A stretch of DNA of 24,742 bases from Elusimicrobiota bacterium (GTDB lineage Bacteria > Elusimicrobiota > Elusimicrobia > 2-01-FULL-59-12). Below, piece by piece: positions 9,349 through 16,820 of this stretch; the first letter of the stretch is position 1, and every line of letters begins with the position of its first letter. The stretch spans positions 1 to 24,742 of the forward strand of contig JBGPLV010000001.1 of the NCBI GenBank assembly GCA_041486625.1, given 5' to 3'. The notes under the pieces were generated by a model. That model had not been told where the DNA came from. It saw only the letters and a program-made list of their open reading frames with translations, and searched no databases. A program made the position numbers and the translations under genes.

Positions 9349-9362
9349 CCGACGACCTCCCC

Positions 9363-9391
9363 AGTTTAGCTGTATATACACATCTTGTCAA
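9363..9391 (-). promoter_or_regulatory. sigma70 promoter of brnTA with palindromic operator
   Basis: TTGACA (9391-9386), 17-nt spacer, TAAACT (9368-9363); perfect palindrome TGTATATACA (9371-9380) in the spacer. Confidence 0.75.
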
Positions 9392-9809
9392 TCAGACACC
9401 CCGTTCCCCTTCATATCTTTGATGCAAAACTCGGAAAAATATTCACGGTTTTTTAAAAATAGTTTCATCGCCCTTCTCTGTGGGCTGGTCCAGAGGGGTC
9501 CGGGGCCCCCTCACCAGGACAATCCGGTCCTCGTCGGACAGATCACCTTCGGCACAATCGGCTTAATGCCGATTGTTTTGCCGGTGGCCATTGCTCCTTT
9601 AAGAATGGAAGGCAAAGGTCCCCTCGCCTCGAAGACCTCGAAGCCCTTTGGCCCGTACCTAAAGTCTTTCGAATTCCAACGGAAGAGTAATTTCGTGCTT
9701 TGAGGAGGCCCAGGGCCTTTTAGCCCCCATTTTTGCCCTTTTGCTCCGTTTAATCGCGTCACAGATCTTTCTAAAATTACCTTCCGTACGTTCCCCGCGT
9801 TCGAGAACT

Positions 9810-10216
9810 ATGCCAAAACACCTTGTCCGCATCTTTGCCTTTCTTTTGGTCCCATGTTTAATCTCGGATCCGGTATTGGTTTCTGCAATGACCCTTTCCC
9901 CAGCGTGGAAGAGCATTTCTACAGGCAAAGCGCGAGGGCAAAGTGAAGGGGATCTTTTCACAGTGCAGGCCCTGGCATCCGTCTCTGCTTTGCCGTCTAC
10001 TGCCCTGCCCGGCCCAGTAAAACCAATTCAACAAGCGGCTCTCTTGTTGGCCATACGCCGTTACTCATTGCCCCGGCCAGTCCCGATACCCATGCTGAAA
10101 AGCGCCAAAAAATCCTGATACCTCTTTGGGTACTTGAGACAGCCCTGAATCTGCCGGGGCGCCAGATCCTATCGTTGCAACCGGAAGAGATTTCGGCCCT
10201 TTTATCCCGCCAATAA
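9810..10216 (+). pseudogene. Probable frameshifted or truncated secreted-protein gene
   Basis: ATG 9810 opens a signal-peptide-like N-terminus (MPKHLVRIFAFLLVPCLISDP) that stops at 10118. An overlapping -1 frame (...QKILIPLWVLETALNLPGRQILSLQPEEISALLSRQ*) stays open to TAA 10214-10216. Confidence 0.4.
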
Positions 10217-10251
10217 CCGACCGGACAACCGACCGGACCAACCGACCGGAC
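10215..10251 (+). repeat. Three tandem 12-bp repeats AACCGACCGGAC
   Basis: Copies at 10215, 10227 and 10240 (one extra C before the third); the last runs into the 64-bp repeat. Confidence 0.9.
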
Positions 10252-10305
10252 CAGGTCTAGTTGATGCGTTTAATTGCTCCACTAGACCAGGTCTGGGGTC
10301 GCGAA
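10242..10305 (+). repeat. Hairpin-forming direct repeat, copy 1
   Basis: 55/62 aligned identities plus a 2-nt indel versus 11372-11433; internal inverted repeat GACCaGGTCTAGT...ACTAGACCaGGTC. Confidence 0.85.
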
Positions 10306-10442
10306 AAGGTGCAGTTTAGTGCGAAATTTAGCTGGTAATAGGGTCGTTGAGCATTTGATGGAGATCCCCGAAAATACGGTCCTGGTGGGGGGCCGGCGAG
10401 GCTAACTCAGAAGGGGGGAGTCTTTGGGGCTGATTTGCCCTC

Positions 10443-10471
10443 TTGCCAATTCGTAACTAATAGGTTACACT
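10443..10471 (+). promoter_or_regulatory. sigma70 promoter with inverted-repeat operator
   Basis: TTGCCA (10443), 17-nt spacer, TACACT (10466); GTAAC-N6-GTTAC (10453-10468) overlaps it; ATG lies 9 nt after the -10 box. Confidence 0.7.
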
Positions 10472-10480
10472 CTAAGAACG

Positions 10481-10813
10481 ATGGCATTACGACTGTTGGA
10501 CTATTGTCGGGCCCGAAAACTTTCCTTGGCCGAACTGGCGCGGTGGACAGGCATCGCGCGGGTGAGCCTCTCCCGGTACGCGCACGGAGCGCAGGACATT
10601 TCGCTCGGCCAGCTCCTCAAGATCGCTTCGCGCCTGGGGTGCCGGGTGAGCGACTTGGTGGACGACCGGGAAGACCTTTCATCGCCCGCCTGGAAAAAAG
10701 CCATCCGTAAACAGGCGTCAGATCCCGCGCATAAACGGGATAAATCATGGGTCCCGCGCGCCCTCTTGGCCGCCCGCTCGGCTTGGCAAGCCGCTTCTCA
10801 TGAGAAAGCGTAG
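10481..10813 (+). CDS. XRE-family helix-turn-helix protein (putative antitoxin/regulator)
   Basis: LSLAELARWTGIARVSLSRYAHGAQDISLGQLLKIASRLGCRVSDL. Confidence 0.88.
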   Translation: MALRLLDYCRARKLSLAELARWTGIARVSLSRYAHGAQDISLGQLLKIASRLGCRVSDLVDDREDLSSPAWKKAIRKQASDPAHKRDKSWVPRALLAARSAWQAASHEKA

Positions 10814-11351
10814 CGCTGCGGCCTCGCTGCCGAACCCTTACCATCTCCTGCTTCGGGAACTGACCCGGGCCGGTGTCGAGTATATGGTCATCGGCGTCTC
10901 CGGCATTAATTACTTTGCGAAAGATGCGCGCACGCTCCTTTCGACCGCCGATTATGATCTTTTTTTGAGGCCGACACCGGAAAATATGACTCGCGCCTGG
11001 AGGGCTTTCCAAAAGAGCGGCTATACGGTGGTGGTCCGAAAAGGCGACCACACGGTGGCGTTGCGCAGGCTCAGCCCTCGGGGCGGCCAGACATTGGCCA
11101 AAGATCAGCGGACTCTCATCGCGATCGGTCCGTATCAGTTGGTAGCCGAGGGTCTTTTGGCGGTCTCCGGCTTTACCTTCGATGAAATGAAACGCCGGGC
11201 CGTCTGGATGAGAGACCGCGAACTCAGGTTTCGCTTTCTTGTAGGCGGTTTGGCCGATCTCCTGGAATCCAAGCGTCTGGCCGATCGAGAAAAGGACCGC
11301 CTATTTCTCGCCCGATACAAACGGCTTTTACTGGACGATCAGCAAAAGTAG
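10800..11351 (+). CDS. Nucleotidyltransferase-fold protein (DUF6036 / AbiEii-like putative toxin)
   Basis: GVEYMVIG..., ST.DYDL acidic dyad, C-terminal LADLLESK...REKD. Overlaps the HTH gene by 14 bp. Confidence 0.75.
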   Translation: MRKRSAAASLPNPYHLLLRELTRAGVEYMVIGVSGINYFAKDARTLLSTADYDLFLRPTPENMTRAWRAFQKSGYTVVVRKGDHTVALRRLSPRGGQTLAKDQRTLIAIGPYQLVAEGLLAVSGFTFDEMKRRAVWMRDRELRFRFLVGGLADLLESKRLADREKDRLFLARYKRLLLDDQQK

Positions 11352-11371
11352 GAAGAGTGACCTTGTTTGAG

Positions 11372-11433
11372 CCGACCGGACCATCTAGTTGAAGCGTTTA
11401 ATTGCTCTGATAGACCAGGTCCAGGATCGCGAA
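11372..11433 (+). repeat. Hairpin-forming direct repeat, copy 2
   Basis: Same orientation as 10242-10305; starts 20 nt after the nucleotidyltransferase stop. Confidence 0.85.
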
Positions 11434-11500
11434 GCGGGGCTGGCGCAGCTGCAGGGGCGCAGCGGCTTCTGAGGGCTCGCCCTTTGTACTAGAATGAGCG

Positions 11501-12127
11501 ATGGGCGAGATTTTAAGACGGGCGGAATATCTTTTATCGGAGATCAACCCGCAGCGGCTGGCACCGGCAAGAGCGGAAGTGGCCTTCATCGGACGGTCGA
11601 ACGTGGGGAAGAGCTCGCTTCTCAACGCGTTGTGCCAGCGACGAGGACTGGCCATTGTCTCGAAGACGCCGGGCCGCACGCGCGCGATCAACATCTTTGC
11701 CGTTAGTCCTCTGCGTTGGTTGGTCGACTTGCCTGGCTACGGTTACGCGGCAGGTCCCCTCTCGTCGCGCGAAGGGTGGTCTCATATGATCGAGGGTTAT
11801 TTGACCAGCCGCCCGTCTTTGCGCGGTCTCTTTCTGCTCATCGACAGTAAGGTGGGACCGACCCCGCTGGACCACGAAATGCGGGAATGGTTAAAAGTTC
11901 ACGGACTGTCTTACCGTCTCGTGGGCAACAAGATCGACCAGGTGAAACCCTCGCAGCAGCGGGGACAAAAAAAGCGAATCGCCGAGGGACTCCATGTGCC
12001 CCTGTCAGAGATTCAATGGGTCAGCGCAACCGAAGAAACCGGAATCGCCTCCCTTCGCCAGGACATCGTCAAGCTTCTGGAGTGGAACTCTCAACATGAG
12101 ACTCCCGTCAAATCTTCTAGAATGTAG
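11501..12127 (+). CDS. engB: Ribosome biogenesis GTP-binding protein YihA/YsxC
   Basis: EVAFIGRSNVGKSSLLN, SKTPGRTR, DLPGYGYA and NKID motifs; preceded by TAGAAT-gagcg-ATG. Confidence 0.95.
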   Translation: MGEILRRAEYLLSEINPQRLAPARAEVAFIGRSNVGKSSLLNALCQRRGLAIVSKTPGRTRAINIFAVSPLRWLVDLPGYGYAAGPLSSREGWSHMIEGYLTSRPSLRGLFLLIDSKVGPTPLDHEMREWLKVHGLSYRLVGNKIDQVKPSQQRGQKKRIAEGLHVPLSEIQWVSATEETGIASLRQDIVKLLEWNSQHETPVKSSRM

Positions 12128-12134
12128 ATAAGAC

Positions 12135-12644
12135 ATGAAAGCGGCCCCCCTGAAAAAGTCCATGAAGAGCAAGTTGGAAACGAGCCCCGCCATCACCCAG
12201 GAGCTTCCCGACCGATTGGCCGAACTGGAGGTGGAACTTCGCTTGTATCCTTCGCGCTCCGCCGGCGAGCCATCACTCGAATCCATCGAGAAGCCGGTGG
12301 AAAGTGCGATCGGCAATGAAAAGGTCGTTCAATTTCTGCTCCGCAAGAAACTCTATGCCGCCGGGCATACCGACGCGACCTATTCGGGTTCCAACCATAC
12401 CCGCGGTGTCCGGCACGTCCGCTTTTATGCGGCCGGGAAAACCGTCCTGGATATCGAAGGCGACTATGAGGACCAGCAGTTTGGACCGAACTTCCGGTTT
12501 CAGAACATCGACGTCTACGTGCCGGGGGAGTGGGAAAAGGATTTTGTGAAGCTCACCGATGAATTCCGCCACTACAAAGCGACAAGAAGAAACGCATTCA
12601 ACAAGAAGCGCATCGCCGAGCGTCGCCGGCTGCATCGCGGCTGA
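12135..12644 (+). CDS. Hypothetical protein (169 aa)
   Basis: Fills the gap between engB and rsgA; TGATG overlap with rsgA. Confidence 0.75.
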   Translation: MKAAPLKKSMKSKLETSPAITQELPDRLAELEVELRLYPSRSAGEPSLESIEKPVESAIGNEKVVQFLLRKKLYAAGHTDATYSGSNHTRGVRHVRFYAAGKTVLDIEGDYEDQQFGPNFRFQNIDVYVPGEWEKDFVKLTDEFRHYKATRRNAFNKKRIAERRRLHRG

Positions 12645-13711
12645 TGCCCTCCATTTCTCTGGAAGACTTGGGATGGGGCGAGCCGTTCAAATCCGCCTTT
12701 GAAGCGCGAGCCGTGGAAGGCGAACTTCCCGCTCGTGTCATGGAAGAACAGCGGGGAGCCTACGTGGTGCGGTCCGAGGCCGGTGAGTGGCTGACTGGCA
12801 TTTCAGGCCGGCTGCGGCATGCGGCTGTGCGCCGGACAGATTTTCCAACGGTGGGCGATTGGGTGGCCATTAAAATCCGTCCTGCGGAAAAGAAGGCAAC
12901 GCTGCAGGCGATTCTACCGCGCAAGAGCAAGCTTTCCCGCAAAACCTCCGGACACGAATCCGACGAGCAGCTCCTCGCGGCCAATGTGGACATTGTTTTT
13001 GTCGTCACCTCCCTGAACAAAGACTTCAACGCCCGGAGGCTGGAGCGATACTTGGCGATGGTGAGAGACTCCGGCGCCGCGCCGGTGGTCCTCTTGAGCA
13101 AGGCGGACTTGGCCCACGATAAGGAAGCCATCCGGCGCGACGTGCAGGCGGCGGCCGCCGGGGTCCCTGTGCATACGATTAGCGCGATCACGGGATTGGG
13201 CCTGGAGTCCTTACTGCCGTTTCTAAAGAAAGGAAAAACCGTCGCGATTATTGGGTCCTCCGGAGTCGGAAAATCCACGCTCATCAACCGACTTCTGGGC
13301 TCCCATCGCCAGGCGGTGCAGGATGTCCGAGAAGGCGACGACCGCGGTCGCCATACCACGACGTTTCGCCGACTGGTCCCATTGCCGCAAGGCGGCATGC
13401 TCATCGACACGCCGGGAATGCGTGAACTCCGGCTCTGGGAAACCCAGGGAGTGGTCGACACATTTGCCGACATCCTGGCGCTCACCCAAACCTGCCGGTT
13501 TCGCGATTGCCGGCACCATACCGATGCCGACTGCGCGGTTCAGGCCGCGATCCAGGAGGGTCGCCTGCCCCAAGACCGCTACGCGAACTACCTCCGACTG
13601 GGAAAGGAGTCCCAAGATTTGGCCCTGCGGCGCGAAACCGAAGCTCGGACCAAAGCCAATGAAAAGATCAAAAAAACAAGGGCCGCTTACAAACGCGAAT
13701 CCCGTCAGTAA
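12644..13711 (+). CDS. rsgA: Ribosome small subunit-dependent GTPase A
   Basis: PTVGDWV, AANVD, RRLERYL, LSKAD, GSSGVGKSTLIN, GRHTTT, DTPGMRE and the CRFRDCRH...C zinc site. Confidence 0.96.
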   Translation: MPSISLEDLGWGEPFKSAFEARAVEGELPARVMEEQRGAYVVRSEAGEWLTGISGRLRHAAVRRTDFPTVGDWVAIKIRPAEKKATLQAILPRKSKLSRKTSGHESDEQLLAANVDIVFVVTSLNKDFNARRLERYLAMVRDSGAAPVVLLSKADLAHDKEAIRRDVQAAAAGVPVHTISAITGLGLESLLPFLKKGKTVAIIGSSGVGKSTLINRLLGSHRQAVQDVREGDDRGRHTTTFRRLVPLPQGGMLIDTPGMRELRLWETQGVVDTFADILALTQTCRFRDCRHHTDADCAVQAAIQEGRLPQDRYANYLRLGKESQDLALRRETEARTKANEKIKKTRAAYKRESRQ

Positions 13712-13759
13712 GAGATTACGGGGTCTGACGGCGGTTTGCTGGGACACATGGAAGAGAGT

Positions 13760-14263
13760 TCAGAGCTGGGCCAGGACATTCTGGAGCTCGATGCTGTGGG
13801 TCTTAGGGTTGACCGAGCGATTGATGTAGACGATGTTCCCCCGCTTATCGATGACAAAGGTTTGCCGGCTCGCATAAAGAAGCCCGGACGCTCCATAAGC
13901 TTTGGAAATGGAGTGGTCCAGGTCCGAGAGCAGGACGAAGGGTAGATAGTACTTCTGAATAAATTTTTGGTGGGATTTGATGGAATCATAGCTGATGCCA
14001 AAGACTGTGGCCTTGAGGTTGCGGAAGGCGGCGAAATCGTCACGAATGCCACAGGCCTCCTTGGTGCAGCCCGGCGTGTCATCTTTCGGATAGAAATAGA
14101 GCACGATCGGCGCGTGGTCCTGCCATTCTCTTAAATGGACCCGCGATCCGTCGCTGGCCGGCGCGTTAAAATCCGGCGCCGGAGAACCCACCTTCAGTTC
14201 GTCCGCTTGGGCTTTCGAGAAAAACATGAGCATAACCCCCAACACCAGGCCGATTTGTTTGAT
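13760..14263 (-). CDS. bcp: Peroxiredoxin, BCP/PrxQ family, with signal peptide
   Basis: APDF and LYFYPKDDTPGCTKEAC motifs. The start is uncertain: GTG 14245, or a non-canonical ATC at 14263 after a GAGGGG SD. Confidence 0.9.
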   Translation of the reverse strand: MKQIGLVLGVMLMFFSKAQADELKVGSPAPDFNAPASDGSRVHLREWQDHAPIVLYFYPKDDTPGCTKEACGIRDDFAAFRNLKATVFGISYDSIKSHQKFIQKYYLPFVLLSDLDHSISKAYGASGLLYASRQTFVIDKRGNIVYINRSVNPKTHSIELQNVLAQL

Positions 14264-14454
14264 AGCACACCCCTCGGCTGCATCATACTACAGTAGGGTT
14301 CGATGCCAGATTCAGCGGCGGGCAGAGACTTTCTCCCATTCATTGTCTTGCCCGTTGTAAAATGTTCGGTAGGAGAATTTGAACGACTCACTATCTTCCT
14401 CTTGACGCGTGGCATTTAATCCGGAGGCTGGCGCTGCAGCACCCGCCGCGGCTG

Positions 14455-14622
14455 ATGGGGCCCATCGCGGTATTTTTTATCCTTTACGCTCTGATCGGCC
14501 GGCTGCGATCGGGCCGCCTGCTGGATTCCATTTGTTTGTCCGCCGTGATCACGGCTATCCTTATTTTTGTTGGCGCCTGCGTGTATATTCTTCTCACGCG
14601 CCCCGGCTACCGGCTATTTTGA
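14455..14622 (+). CDS. Possible 55-aa two-TM membrane protein (not in the ORF track)
   Basis: MGPIAVFFILYALIGRLRSGRLLDSICLSAVITAILIFVGACVYILLTRPGYRLF*; start site poorly supported. Confidence 0.35.
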   Translation: MGPIAVFFILYALIGRLRSGRLLDSICLSAVITAILIFVGACVYILLTRPGYRLF

Positions 14623-14712
14623 TCCGCTTCGATGCGGAACCAGCCGGATTGCCCGCCTTCCTTCCCCCCGAGTAGAATATCTCAAGACAATGAACATGGA
14701 AAGGAGCTTATC

Positions 14713-15000
14713 ATGGCCACGAAGGAAGAGTACCAAGCCAAAATGGAGGCGCAGCTGAAGGACGTCACCGCTAAATTGGCGGAGTTGATGGCCAAAGCCG
14801 ACAGCGCGCAGGCCTCCGCGAAGGCGCAGTATCAGGATCAGATCAAGCACTTGCGGGCGAAGCTCAACGAAACGCAAGGCCGTCTGCAGCAAGTCAAAAC
14901 CTCCAGTGGCGAAGCCTGGATCACCCTGAAGGAAGGCACGGAGAAAGCCTGGGGAGAATTGCGCGGCGCCCTCGACAACGCGCTGGCGAAGTTTCGCTAG
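14713..15000 (+). CDS. Small coiled-coil protein (Sll1863-like stress protein)
   Basis: AAGGAG SD before ATG 14713; KEEYQAKMEAQL...SGEAW..LKEG.EKAW.EL..A...A..KF pattern. Confidence 0.85.
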   Translation: MATKEEYQAKMEAQLKDVTAKLAELMAKADSAQASAKAQYQDQIKHLRAKLNETQGRLQQVKTSSGEAWITLKEGTEKAWGELRGALDNALAKFR

Positions 15001-15018
15001 GGTGGGAAAAAATTGAAC

Positions 15019-16065
15019 ATGCGACGAGAACTTTACCGCACTCACGCGGATCCCAAGAAGCGGATTGCCAGCATCGTGTTGGGAAGCTTGTGCGTTTGCC
15101 TTTCATCGCTCGGTCATGCGGAGGATCGGGCGGTCGATCTCGAAAGGCCACTCATGCTCGGTGAAGGAGCGGCGCCGTCCGCTAATTCAGTGGACTATCA
15201 GTTGTGGGATTCCCCGGGACAATCTGGTGGATCCCCGACAATGGTCGATCAGAGAGAAACCGGACGTTTCATCGTCTCCAAGTCCGCGAGCGATACGTGG
15301 TCGGTCAACGAGCGTATGGGCCATCTGGGAATCGGCGCGCCCATCGCGATCCCGCTGGCGAACACATCGGTTCCCCAGGACCTCTGGTCGATCGAGACGG
15401 GAGCCGCCTACAACCATCTGTTTACGAACGGTCGTCAGGTGGGTTTGAACTTTAATGTTGGGTCAGACAGCGATCATCCCTTCTATTCCATTCACGAGAC
15501 TGTTTTCAGAGTGACCGCGAGCTACCGGCTTCCCTCCGGCGACCATAATGCCTGGCTCTTTTTTCTCAACTACTCGAACAACCGTCACTTCTTGAACGGC
15601 ATCCCGCTGCCGGGCATCGGCTATTACTTCCAGGCTTATGAGAATCGTTTGCAAGGCATCGTCGGGTTTCCTTTTATTTCCATACGCTACAAGCCGACGC
15701 CGGAATGGACCGCGCAGTTTTCGATTTTTGGGCCACGGAATGTCAACGCCGAGATCGGACGCAAGATTTACGGTCCTCTGAGAATCTATTCCGCGTTCCA
15801 GTGGGGTTCCCAGGAATGGCTCATCGCAGACCGGCAGGATTATTCAAACCGCCTGGTCTTTGTTAAGAAACGAGCCGCTCTGGGCCTGCGGTCCCCTCTG
15901 CCCTATGGGTTCGCTTTCGATTTGTCCGGCGGAAGACAGTTTGACCAGCGCTTCTTTGTGAACGACTCCTCTTCCTACAGCAGCGTTCCCACGGCGGGGT
16001 TGTCTCCGACATGGTTCGTACAGACGAAACTCTCCTACCGCTTCGCGATACCGGCAGATCAATGA
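15019..16065 (+). CDS. Putative outer-membrane beta-barrel protein
   Basis: Signal peptide ending GHA, many amphipathic beta strands, LPGIGYY and C-terminal LSYRF. TTG 15013 is the alternative start. Confidence 0.7.
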   Translation: MRRELYRTHADPKKRIASIVLGSLCVCLSSLGHAEDRAVDLERPLMLGEGAAPSANSVDYQLWDSPGQSGGSPTMVDQRETGRFIVSKSASDTWSVNERMGHLGIGAPIAIPLANTSVPQDLWSIETGAAYNHLFTNGRQVGLNFNVGSDSDHPFYSIHETVFRVTASYRLPSGDHNAWLFFLNYSNNRHFLNGIPLPGIGYYFQAYENRLQGIVGFPFISIRYKPTPEWTAQFSIFGPRNVNAEIGRKIYGPLRIYSAFQWGSQEWLIADRQDYSNRLVFVKKRAALGLRSPLPYGFAFDLSGGRQFDQRFFVNDSSSYSSVPTAGLSPTWFVQTKLSYRFAIPADQ

Positions 16066-16358
16066 TCGGGGGCGAGGGGTCTGACCAACGAACCACGCAT
16101 GACTTGGAGAAAGAGCTGACGGTGGAGGGGTATCGGCTGCATACGTGGTCGAATGGGCCGGAGTTTTGGTATCCCGTGCATGATCATCCGTATCAGAAGA
16201 TCATCGTGGTGCTGAAGGGGTCGATTACGTTTTATCTGCCGGGCGAGAAGCGGGAAGTGGCCATGAAAGCCGGGGAGCGCCTGGAGCTGGCGCCTCGCAC
16301 CGAACATTCCGCTTCCGTCGGCCCGGACGGCGTCACCTGCCTCGAAGGCCAGCGGTGA
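16062..16358 (+). CDS. Cupin-domain protein
   Basis: YPVHDHPYQKIIVVLKGSITF...LELAPRTEHSASVGPDGVTCLEG; ATGA overlap with the upstream gene. Confidence 0.85.
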   Translation: MIGGEGSDQRTTHDLEKELTVEGYRLHTWSNGPEFWYPVHDHPYQKIIVVLKGSITFYLPGEKREVAMKAGERLELAPRTEHSASVGPDGVTCLEGQR

Positions 16359-16483
16359 AGCTGACACGATACATCAAAGTGAAAGTTCGGGCGGGGGCGC
16401 GGCGAGACGCGTTTTCAATCAAGTCCGAACTCTGGATCGTGAAGGGGGTTCACACCCCGGCGAAAATTGTAGCGATCCGTTGA
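16355..16483 (+). pseudogene. Internally deleted DUF167/YggU-like remnant (42 aa)
   Basis: GTGA overlap with the cupin gene. MKLTRYIKVKVRAGARRDAF resembles the DUF167 N-terminus and IVKGVHTPAKIVAI the C-terminus; the central ANxxL helix is absent. Confidence 0.45.
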
Positions 16484-16515
16484 TGCGAAGAAATTAAGAG
16501 GTTTTTTTGCCTGTC

Positions 16516-16524
16516 TGCTATAAT
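16516..16524 (+). promoter_or_regulatory. Extended -10 promoter (TGcTATAAT) of the left tRNA half
   Basis: 5 nt upstream of C1 of the tRNA fragment. Confidence 0.7.
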
Positions 16525-16529
16525 AGCGT

Positions 16530-16606
16530 CGCGGGGTGGAGCAGTCTGGCATGCGCTTTCCTCTCGTGCGCAAGCCCCACGGTCGTAAGTGGGGTAGCTC
16601 GTCGGG
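16530..16606 (+). pseudogene. 5' half of initiator tRNA-Met with a 45-nt D-loop insertion (attL-like)
   Basis: 16530-16549 plus 16595-16606 match 21489-21520 at 31/32 nt; insertion at 16550-16594; no 3' half follows. Confidence 0.85.
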
Positions 16607-16715
16607 GAAGATTCATAATTCTATCTACTTTTAGATCTATTTAGCTCTTCTACGTTGCGTTTAATACCCCTATTTCGTCCTGTTTAGCCCGCCTTCGCTG
16701 GACCGAGTTGTAGAG

Positions 16716-16745
16716 CCGATCAGAGTTCCGATCAGCACCGATGAG
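16716..16745 (+). repeat. CCGATCAG direct repeats, left cluster (putative integrase arm-type sites)
   Basis: CCGATCAG at 16716 and 16728, CCGATGAG at 16738. Confidence 0.7.
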
Positions 16746-16771
16746 CTATATAACGCTTTTCTATCGCTCAT

Positions 16772-16814
16772 ACTTGACGAATCACTTGACGAATACTGGA
16801 CGATCAGGTAGACT
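16772..16814 (+). promoter_or_regulatory. Fic gene promoter with tandem operator-like repeats
   Basis: TTGACG (16786), 17-nt spacer, TAGACT (16809), 6 nt, GTG; ACTTGACGAAT at 16772 and 16784 plus a degenerate third copy at 16795. Confidence 0.7.
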
Positions 16815-16820
16815 CTTCCC

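Noticed and set aside
9400-9762. ORFs 9341..9703 (+) and 9511..9762 (-)
   Set aside because: No recognisable motifs or good start signals; possibly decayed coding sequence, so left uncalled.
10215-10251. CRISPR array
   Set aside because: The 12-bp tandem repeats have no spacers, and there are no cas genes or regularly spaced 23-47-bp repeats anywhere in the window.
10242-11433. Canonical integron attC sites
   Set aside because: No RYYYAAC/GTTRRRY boxes and no intI in the window; kept only as an analogy in the findings.
12760-13829. Long antisense or alternate-frame ORFs over rsgA (and similar ones over the GT4, GH130, SPFH and REC genes)
   Set aside because: Shadow ORFs expected from GC-rich codon usage; they fully overlap well-supported genes.
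14371-14454. prfB-like +1 frameshift joining TTG 14379 (after an AGGAG SD) to the small membrane ORF
   Set aside because: The site is TCT-TGA-C rather than CTT-TGA-C, so re-pairing is implausible; more likely an indel or an unrelated start.
14491-14498. Extra CCGATCAG copy (minus strand) outside the island
   Set aside because: Single and unpaired, inside probable coding sequence (CTG ATC GGC); about one chance 8-mer is expected in a window of this size.
16550-16594. Group II intron in the D-loop
   Set aside because: An internal GTGCG is present, but not at the boundary; there is no domain V and the length is far too short.
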